DNA of 42,081 bases from Candidatus Sericytochromatia bacterium (GTDB taxonomy: Bacteria > Cyanobacteriota > Sericytochromatia > S15B-MN24 > UBA4093): the NCBI GenBank assembly GCA_036676985.1, contig JAKFBU010000062.1, forward strand, positions 1 through 42,081, given 5' to 3'. Below the pieces are notes generated by a model. That model did not search any database. It was not told the origin of the DNA and saw only the letters and a list, made by a program, of their open reading frames with translations. Below, piece after piece: positions 9,631 to 18,457 of the stretch. The first letter of the stretch is position 1; the number at the start of each line of letters is the position of its first letter. Made by a program: the position numbers and the translations under genes.

Positions 9631-10746
9631 ATGTCTGACTATCTAAGCATCCAAGCAGCTGCCGCCCTGGTTGGCGTGAGTGAGTCCTCACTTCAGAAGA
9701 AGTGCAAAGCAGGAGAAATTCCAGCGATACGCGTTGGCAAGCAGTATCGTATTAGGCGAACTGACCTGGAAGCCTGGGTTACGTACGTCCCAATGCCCAA
9801 GGAAATCGGCGGTATGGCCCAGCCAGGCGATGCATTGGCCATGTTTGAGGCCATTGATCGCTGGCAAGGCTTTATGAGCTTAAAGGAGTTGTCTCCCACA
9901 ACCAGGGCCAGCTACTATGCCTGCCTCATCTCGTTCCTCAAACAGCTAGAGTTCACAGGAGCGGGCGTTCCACGGCCGTCTCAACTGTTTCGGCGAGAAA
10001 CCCTAGTGAGAGGACTTGAGGGGTTTGCCGCAAAGTCCCACAGTCACAAGCGGAACGTAGCAAACGCAATCATCTCGTTCGGGCGTTTCTTAGTGTTTGA
10101 AGGCAAACTTCAACCAGACGCATTGCAAGTGATTCGCGACCTACGCCCAACGCGTGGGCCAGCGCCACGCCGCACCTGTTTGAGGGTTAATGACGCACCG
10201 AAGTTATTCCATGCGATCTCTATTCGAACGGCCGACCCCCATGAAAATATCACCTTAGCAGCTATTGTCGGCGTTATGTTGTACTGCGGCCTTCGTGTAT
10301 CTGAAGCCCTAAGCCTGTGTGTTGGCGATGTGTCTCTCCAGGAAAGGAGCATCGCCGTTCGCCACGGAAAAGGCAAGAAGGATCGCAAGGTTGGAGTTCG
10401 GCGAGAACTAGTTCGGCTAGTCGAGAATTACTTAGCGGTTCGGCCTGAGATCAGAGAGCGACAAGGTGAATTGGCTTGTAGGAATGAAGATCGATTCTTC
10501 TTACGACCTGACGGAATCACCTGGAACAAGGATCAGATCGCCTGGCGCATGAGACAGCTCTCCAAACTCCTCGGTTACCAGATTGGGGCCCACTCACTTA
10601 GAAGAGCGTTCGCCACCCAAGCCGTGGCGCAAGGACGCTCGCTACGATATGTTCAGCAAGCACTAGGCCATTGCTCTATCGCCGTAACCGATGCATATGT
10701 ACGGACATCGGAAGCCGAAGCTGTTGAAGCGATGAAGGAATGGTAG
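9631..10746 (+). CDS. Tyrosine recombinase/integrase with N-terminal excisionase-type (HTH_17) domain
   Basis: AGGAGGAG RBS. N-terminus YLSIQAAAALVGVS...GEIPAIRVGKQYRIRRTDL. Catalytic R (GLRVSE), K (GKGKK), HxxR (AHSLRR), H (LGH), Y (TDAY). Confidence 0.92.
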   Translation: MSDYLSIQAAAALVGVSESSLQKKCKAGEIPAIRVGKQYRIRRTDLEAWVTYVPMPKEIGGMAQPGDALAMFEAIDRWQGFMSLKELSPTTRASYYACLISFLKQLEFTGAGVPRPSQLFRRETLVRGLEGFAAKSHSHKRNVANAIISFGRFLVFEGKLQPDALQVIRDLRPTRGPAPRRTCLRVNDAPKLFHAISIRTADPHENITLAAIVGVMLYCGLRVSEALSLCVGDVSLQERSIAVRHGKGKKDRKVGVRRELVRLVENYLAVRPEIRERQGELACRNEDRFFLRPDGITWNKDQIAWRMRQLSKLLGYQIGAHSLRRAFATQAVAQGRSLRYVQQALGHCSIAVTDAYVRTSEAEAVEAMKEW

Positions 10747-10913
10747 CGAGACTCCAAGATAGTCCGCCTGCTGACGGCACTTGCCGCAGATCGAAAGCTT
10801 CGGGCCATTAATACTTGACGATAGGAAAGTTCGACGAAGAACCATGGAATGCCGTTGTCTGGGAACCCAACTCAATAACACTGACGCCAGCTTCTGAAAG
10901 TTGGCCTTCCTAC

Positions 10914-11180
10914 TCAATCGCCCTCGCCATATAGCAGCCAAGCAGCGCTTACCCCCAAGACCCGCGCCAATGCAATAACCTCTATATCAGTCACTGGGCG
11001 ATCACCTGCTTCAAGCCTACTGATTGTCGTTCTACCGACTGGCTGACTAACGGCACAAGATAAGGCCTCAGCAAGATCGGCTTGATCAAGCGGTGGCAAG
11101 TGCGCAAGGCGGGCCGCCCTTACGCGTCCGCCTACGATATTCTTCGTTCCCTTTTCAATCGCTCTTTTCGGCCTCGCCAT
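10914..11180 (-). CDS. XRE/Cro-C1 helix-turn-helix regulator
   Basis: NIVGGRVRAAR...DQADLAEAL...RTTISRLEAGDRPVTDIEVIALARVLGVSAAWLL. Confidence 0.85.
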   Translation of the reverse strand: MARPKRAIEKGTKNIVGGRVRAARLAHLPPLDQADLAEALSCAVSQPVGRTTISRLEAGDRPVTDIEVIALARVLGVSAAWLLYGEGD

Positions 11181-11225
11181 TGCCTTGTCTTCCTGACCAG
11201 GCAAGCGTATGCCGATTCCACGTAT

Positions 11226-11250
11226 CCTGTGTGCATCAGATGCACACAGG
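11226..11250. promoter_or_regulatory. Palindromic operator candidate between divergent XRE and NHL genes
   Basis: cctgtgtgcatc-a-gatgcacacagg (12-bp perfect arms). Confidence 0.55.
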
Positions 11251-11363
11251 GTAAAAAGCTGGCAAGCATTGGTTGGCAAGGACTTGTATTGGGTAACATG
11301 TGAATGCTAGCCAGCATGAACAAAATCTTGTATCGAGTCGCAAGAGAATCGGAGGATGAAACA

Positions 11364-13406
11364 TTGAAACGAATCGCCGCTCTCAGCTTGGTTTTACTGT
11401 CAGCTGGTTGCACGGGTCTTGGAATTGGGCTCATTCCGCCAAAACCTGGAAATGATGCGGTCGCGTCACTACCAACCACGACTCCAAGCCAGACGCCAAC
11501 CAATGAGAGTCCCTCGATCAGAGAACTTGCAGGATCTGTCACAACCTTCTTTGGCATTGGTAGCCGATATTTGGACGGACCTCGCAACACTGCAAGCTTT
11601 GTTCGCCTAGAAGGTGTCACGATTACCTCCACTGATGAAGTGTATGCTATCGATGGAAACACGATTAGAAGGATTGATGCATCTGGCAATGTTTCTACCC
11701 TTGCAGGTGATATAGAGGAGGGGGACGCCGACGGTATCGGGCGTGAGGCTCGCTTCAAACAGCCGACCCGTATCACAATTGACCAGCAAGGTAATCTCTT
11801 GGTGGTTGATACAGGAAATCATAGGATTCGTAAGATTACACCTGACGGGACTGTTTCAACGTTGGCGGGGAGCACTTCTGGACTTGAAGATGGCGTTGCC
11901 AATTCGGCAAAATTCGATTCGCCGAAGGGAATTGTCGTTGACGCATCGGGAAATGTCTTCATATGTGATACTGGGAATAGCCGCATTCGCAAGATTACGC
12001 CCCAAGGAGTCGTTACAACATTGGCTGGCGGTACAAGCGGCTTTGCGGACGGATTGGGAACTGATGCAAAGTTCATGTGGCCGAGAGGGCTAGCAATTGA
12101 TTCGAATGGCAACCTGTATGTTGCAGATCAAGGAAATTATCGAATTCGAAAGATCACTCCAGGAGGCGAGGTGTCAACCGTCGCAGGAGGTTTATATGGA
12201 CACGCAGATGGCATAGGCAACTCTGCTCAGTTTAAGTCTCCTATGGATATTGCTTGCGATGACTCAGGAAAACTGTATGTTATCGATATGGGCTATGTAA
12301 GAGTTATATCCTCCCAGGGAGTTGTCTCTACAAGTGCTGGTGCTTCTCAGGAATGGGGTCCAAATGCGATTGCATTAAGGCCAGATGGCGGCCTGATATT
12401 GACAGACCATTACTATTATCGCCTGTGGAGTGTGTCAAATCAAGGCGAGATAACTTCTTTCGCGGGTATTGGAACAGACAAACCAAGTCCGATCGCTGAG
12501 CCAAGCGGAATTTGTTTCGATAGCAGCGGCAACCTAATTATTGCCCGTATCAGAAGTTGCATTAGTAAGGTTACACCTAGCGGCGAATTGTCAACTGTTG
12601 CTGGAATCACCAGAAATGGAAACGCCTATGTCGACGGCGGATGGGTAGATGGACTTATTAGTGAAGCACGCTTTAGCGATCCGTTGGGAATCGCTATGGA
12701 TAAAGGAAATAATGTTTACGTAGCTGATACTGGAAACAATGTAATCAGAAAGGTAACACCGAACGGAACGGTATCAACGTTTGCTGGCGTCGGCTATGGT
12801 TTTGCTGATGGTGCAAGTTCTAGCGCCAGATTCAATGCTCCAAGCGATGTTGCAGTAGATAGCTTTGGCAATGTGTATGTTGCCGATACTGGGAACCACC
12901 GAATCCGTGTTATCTCACCTCAAGGCGAGGTATCAACGTTAGCAGGAGGCACGCAGGGTGCCTCAGATGGTCTAGGAAATAGTGCACAATTCTACAGTCC
13001 CAGCGGACTTGCGCTTGATACGTCAGGCAACATTTTTGTCGCTGATCGGGATAACTGTAGAATTCGCAAAATAACCCCTGAGGGGAGCGTCTCAACAATT
13101 GCAGGCAGTTCCCCTGGATTTATTGATTCCATCGGGCCTGGGGCTCAGTTCAAGTATCCGACTGATGTCATCGTTGATTATGCTGGCAATGTGTTCGTTG
13201 CCGATCACGACAACCATCGGATTCGAAAAGTCCTACCCGACGGAACGGTTTCAACGCTAGCAGGGGGAACTCAAGGCCACGCCGACGGGTTCCAAGATGA
13301 AGCGCGATTCATCGGGCCTCGCTATTTGGCTTTCCACAAAGACGGAAGGCTCTTTGTAAGCGATGCTGCAGGGGACTTGGGACATACAATTCGAATTGTT
13401 GAATGA
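11364..13406 (+). CDS. NHL-repeat lipoprotein (element cargo)
   Basis: GGAGGA RBS + TTG, lipobox LSAGC, about 12 repeats of DG...A.F..P.GIAVD..GN.YVADTGNHRIRKITP.G.VSTLAG. Confidence 0.9.
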   Translation: MKRIAALSLVLLSAGCTGLGIGLIPPKPGNDAVASLPTTTPSQTPTNESPSIRELAGSVTTFFGIGSRYLDGPRNTASFVRLEGVTITSTDEVYAIDGNTIRRIDASGNVSTLAGDIEEGDADGIGREARFKQPTRITIDQQGNLLVVDTGNHRIRKITPDGTVSTLAGSTSGLEDGVANSAKFDSPKGIVVDASGNVFICDTGNSRIRKITPQGVVTTLAGGTSGFADGLGTDAKFMWPRGLAIDSNGNLYVADQGNYRIRKITPGGEVSTVAGGLYGHADGIGNSAQFKSPMDIACDDSGKLYVIDMGYVRVISSQGVVSTSAGASQEWGPNAIALRPDGGLILTDHYYYRLWSVSNQGEITSFAGIGTDKPSPIAEPSGICFDSSGNLIIARIRSCISKVTPSGELSTVAGITRNGNAYVDGGWVDGLISEARFSDPLGIAMDKGNNVYVADTGNNVIRKVTPNGTVSTFAGVGYGFADGASSSARFNAPSDVAVDSFGNVYVADTGNHRIRVISPQGEVSTLAGGTQGASDGLGNSAQFYSPSGLALDTSGNIFVADRDNCRIRKITPEGSVSTIAGSSPGFIDSIGPGAQFKYPTDVIVDYAGNVFVADHDNHRIRKVLPDGTVSTLAGGTQGHADGFQDEARFIGPRYLAFHKDGRLFVSDAAGDLGHTIRIVE

Positions 13407-13463
13407 TTCTCGACGTATGGAGAACGGGGTCCTTTGCAGCAAGTACAAGGTAGGAAATTCGAG

Positions 13464-13810
13464 CCGCCCTTGAGGGCGGATAGGTGGGTGATCGCTCGGG
13501 CCTTAAGCTAAGGGTAGCGCCCGAGCGTGCAGTTACAGGGACCGAGGCATGAGTGGGAAGGTGGAAGCCGTGCCGAGGCCGCTCCTATGAGGTTTCGCCC
13601 CCCTCGCTTCACTACAATCCCATCATTATTGGGGGTGAAGGGGAAGTGGCGGGAGAGGCGGAGCACGTGCGCCACTGTGGACGCCGTGCTAAAGCCGTGA
13701 GGGAGGCGAAAGCCGCTGCTGCTTGCTGCTCCGCAAGGGGCATCCCTGGTCCACTGCACTAGCCCAAAGAGGGCGATGGGGTTTAGGGGCCTCTTCGCCC
13801 TCTCTGGGCT
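13464..13810. other. Multibranched structured non-coding region (single-strand origin or ncRNA candidate)
   Basis: Nested complementary segments 13527-13541/13743-13759 and 13593-13607/13697-13711, plus at least five local hairpins. Confidence 0.55.
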
Positions 13811-13902
13811 CATTCCAAGTGTTGTAAGATTCTTCAGTTGCTACTTTCCTTCTAGAACCTCAGCCCGACAGACGGGCAACGACAAAGAGGAGATGGAAGG
13901 AA

Positions 13903-14253
13903 ATGACCATTAGATCTTGGTGCGCGGCCTGCTCAGAGCCGATTGATGATCCTGAGTTCCGCCTCAGCCACTCGGGCGGAGCCTGTGCTGTAAGCGTAAC
14001 TAGAAGCTTAGATAGCGCCCTACACCCTAGACATGCAGCTTCAGAGAGCTTGGCTGCCTGGCTTCGATGCTACCTGGAGGCCGTTGATGAGGATGGGCGC
14101 ATGGTGGCGCCTATCAGCGGAATTGATGCACGCGGCTTCCTTTACCTGCGAAAGACGTTCTTTCGGCTTGCCGAGCGCCAGGGCTCCGAACGAATAGCAA
14201 GGGTTTTGGTACTCAAATGGAGAGAGATCTATGCCGCGTATTTCAACAGCTAG
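13903..14253 (+). CDS. Hypothetical protein (116 aa, N-terminal CxxC)
   Basis: Purine-rich RBS (gaggag/ggaagg) before ATG. WCAACSEP. No recognised family. Confidence 0.5.
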   Translation: MTIRSWCAACSEPIDDPEFRLSHSGGACAVSVTRSLDSALHPRHAASESLAAWLRCYLEAVDEDGRMVAPISGIDARGFLYLRKTFFRLAERQGSERIARVLVLKWREIYAAYFNS

Positions 14254-14475
14254 CCCGAACTACCTCTCTTGTGACCACTTAGTCGCGGATTACGCTTCGA
14301 CTTTCGGTAGGCTGCCACGTCCCGTTTCCGTTTCTCTCCCCTGACCCAGTGAGACGCCCGTACCCCTTTCGTGAAGGCGAGGCAAGGCGCGTCCATCAAG
14401 TGAGCGGAGGGCGATCCAAAGTCAGAAAGGGACCACCCCCGCGTAGATCACCCCTCGGCGGGGGCTAAGCTACAC

Positions 14476-15492
14476 TTACTCAAAGTATAGGTAAGTTCCC
14501 CTGGCCCAAGAGGGTGGAAACACCAAGCACTTTTCGTCGACGAGTTGGGATATGGACTTGAACTCAAAGCGTTCAACAAGCTGGGGCGTCTTGCTGATGT
14601 CGATCCCCTGGGGGAGAAGCTCCTTCCGATGCTTGTAGAAGGTACTCTCCGACATCCCGTTCCTGACATCGAAGCCACTCAACCACAGGTGATAAGTTCG
14701 ACGTACCGTAGTAGGCACTCTGTCATCAGCCTCTATTGGCAACGAAAGATTGGTAGGCATCACGAGCCTGTCAGCCTGCTCCCGCAGGAGATGGAATCCA
14801 GTCATCTGATCCCACGCCGCAGGAAAGCAAAGATTCTTTTGATGAAGCTTTCGCTCATGAAAGGTTACTTCGAAGCGGAGGAGGCCTCTACTGAAGTCCA
14901 AGAGACGAGGATAGTCCTCACTAAGGAGTAGGGATAGGTTTGCATTTCGGCCAAACTCTACCCCCTTGTTATAGAGACAAATCGTCAGGGTCCTAGATCC
15001 CTTGCCAATGTATATGGTTGGGGATACTTCCCGCTCAACCGATACTCTGGACCTTGCACCACGCAGACTAATGGCCCCTGCAGCTGCGGAAAGGTACCTG
15101 GAAACGACAAAGTCGTTAGGCAGACGAAGGTTGAAATTCACGGAAACGGACTTGAGGCGGACCTGTCCATCCAGGATTTCCTGGGCAAGCGCCGCGGGTA
15201 CGTCTATTCCCGCCTTATCTAGAACAGAGAAGATCGCCTTAGGAAAGACGCTCATAAGATTGCTCGGGCCAAAAAGGTTATGTCCCTGAAGGAACTTCGA
15301 AGGGTTAACCTGAATGGCAAGCTCATGGCCAATATCAGCAACGACATTCCTGCTCGTTAGCCAAGCGATGGCCCCATGCTGACCTTGCACCGACCTTGGT
15401 TCTGGCCGACCTTCTCTCCAGGTAGCACTATGCCTCAAGGGGAGCGTTACACGAAGTCCATCGATCATCGCCGCGTTGAGATCCATTTCCAT
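14476..15492 (-). CDS. Phage/plasmid replication protein, gene II/X family (rolling-circle initiator)
   Basis: MIDGL.., NPSKFLQGHNLFG, TIYIGKGSR..LYNKGVE, LLRFEV, and C-terminal TYHLWLSGFDVR..MSESTFYKHRKELL..GIDI typical of Phage_CRI/Phage_X (rep_II_X) proteins. Start uncertain (15468-15519). Confidence 0.85.
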   Translation of the reverse strand: MEMDLNAAMIDGLRVTLPLRHSATWREGRPEPRSVQGQHGAIAWLTSRNVVADIGHELAIQVNPSKFLQGHNLFGPSNLMSVFPKAIFSVLDKAGIDVPAALAQEILDGQVRLKSVSVNFNLRLPNDFVVSRYLSAAAGAISLRGARSRVSVEREVSPTIYIGKGSRTLTICLYNKGVEFGRNANLSLLLSEDYPRLLDFSRGLLRFEVTFHERKLHQKNLCFPAAWDQMTGFHLLREQADRLVMPTNLSLPIEADDRVPTTVRRTYHLWLSGFDVRNGMSESTFYKHRKELLPQGIDISKTPQLVERFEFKSISQLVDEKCLVFPPSWARGTYLYFE

Positions 15493-16111
15493 AGATTGCT
15501 CTCTTTCTTGTGGCTGCAATTCCTCCTTTCAGTCCTACGCAAGCCAAAGCACACTCAACTGAGCGCCGAAATCGACACTCAGATCCACATGTTTTTAGGC
15601 TTGTTAGGGTGAGCAACCTGGTTCGGTCGATGGGCCAAGGCCATCGCCTTGCGTTAAATCAATCCGCACGAATGCAGCTATGGCCGTGCGAGCCTACACT
15701 AGCCTAGCTTGCTACAGTTGTCAAGCCCGATCTAAAAGACCGTTGATCTTGAACGCTCGCAAAAAATTTTCCACGGCCGACTGATAACGAACGAAGCCGA
15801 GGTTACCTGGTTTCCACGCCCTACCCCCCGCACCCTGCAACGGAGCAAGATACGTGTCGCGCGCTGAACGGCACAATGGCCTACGTTAAACAAGCCTTGG
15901 AAGGGCGAGTAGACAAACTATAGAGGAAAGCCTGCATCCCTTTGCGGGAGCGACCATCTGTCGGATAATGGCCGACAAGTTACCCTAAATCTTCAACGGA
16001 CGGAACGGATTTACCCGCAGTAGCCAAACGGGTGGGCACGCTTTTTATATGGTGCTTAATAGCGCAACTATGGCGCAAGATAAGGATCGTTGGCCTGGCA
16101 TCTACCTGGCC

Positions 16112-16171
16112 GAACCGACCTTCGCTGGTTTTGAAGACCAGAGGGCCCACCAGGACCCCTTCGCCTCCCTG
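16112..16171. repeat. att direct repeat copy 2 = truncated 5' tRNA-Sec fragment at the native selC position
   Basis: Identical to 9445-9504. Lacks the 3' variable arm, T-arm and acceptor 3' strand. Confidence 0.95.
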
Positions 16172-16196
16172 TGGGCGGCGGACCGCCCATTTCGTC

Positions 16197-16225
16197 AATC
16201 TATCGGGTTGAAAGCGCCTTGTCAA
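16197..16225 (-). promoter_or_regulatory. Native selC sigma70 promoter (now upstream of the truncated tRNA copy)
   Basis: TTGACA-N17-TAGATT on the minus strand, followed by leader hairpin tgggcgg/ccgccca and the tRNA 5' end at 16168. Confidence 0.75.
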
Positions 16226-16455
16226 ACGTTGCGCCGGATCGAGCCGGGCCGGGGCAGGACCATGAAGGCCGGCCGCGCGGGCTCGGCGGCGGCTTCGGGA
16301 GTGCCCGGGGCGGGCGTGCCGGGGCCGCTCAGGATCTGGCCGTAGTTGTCCAGGATGAGCTGGCAGGGCGAGCAGATCCACTGGCCCGCCCGCTTCCCGA
16401 TTCCCGGGGTCGTGCGATTCTGGCAATAAGGGCAACGGCCGCCATGGGTCACCAT
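16222..16455 (-). CDS. Small zinc-ribbon protein
   Basis: GAGGGGAG RBS. CPYC-x16-CSPC followed by a Pro-rich tail. Confidence 0.6.
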   Translation of the reverse strand: MVTHGGRCPYCQNRTTPGIGKRAGQWICSPCQLILDNYGQILSGPGTPAPGTPEAAAEPARPAFMVLPRPGSIRRNV

Positions 16456-16576
16456 CGATTCGCTCCCCTCCTCAACTCCGGTCGCTGTGACCCATCATGC
16501 CCCAACTGGCGGCGACGAATCGGTGGGGATCGTCACCGCCAGTCGCGATCGCGGCCTTTCGGCCAAGCCGCGGGCG

Positions 16577-18453
<1,877 letters not shown>

Positions 18454-18457
<4 letters not shown>

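Larger units (their letters stand above)
9445..16171. mobile_element. Integrated element at selC (tyrosine integrase + gpII/X-type rolling-circle rep), ~6.7 kb
   Basis: Exact 60-bp direct repeats at both ends, abrupt drop in GC and change of codon bias, integrase next to one att, rep gene inside. Confidence 0.92.

Noticed and set aside
10663-10941. 92-aa minus-strand ORF with CGKC downstream of XRE
   Set aside because: Overlaps the integrase 3' end in antisense, has a weak RBS and no recognisable family.
13514-13730. Group II intron resemblance (gcgcccg..gtgcagt..actgcac; AGCCGTG..GAAA hairpin)
   Set aside because: No proper domain V geometry, no domain VI and no RT/maturase. The AGCCGTG segment pairs better with 13593-13607.
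15376-16110. Small ORFs as inovirus coat/ssDNA-binding genes, or an Ff-type nick site
   Set aside because: No ORF with good RBS plus TM/coat pattern, and no recognisable gpII nick sequence by eye.
16112-16171. Second functional tRNA-Sec
   Set aside because: Lacks the T-arm and acceptor 3' strand. It is the att fragment.
16190-16224. Sec read-through of the Zn-ribbon TGA (and of other TGA-ending genes in the window)
   Set aside because: Only a few codons follow, the UGA is not at a Cys-equivalent position, and no convincing bSECIS was seen. IscA uses ordinary Cys codons.
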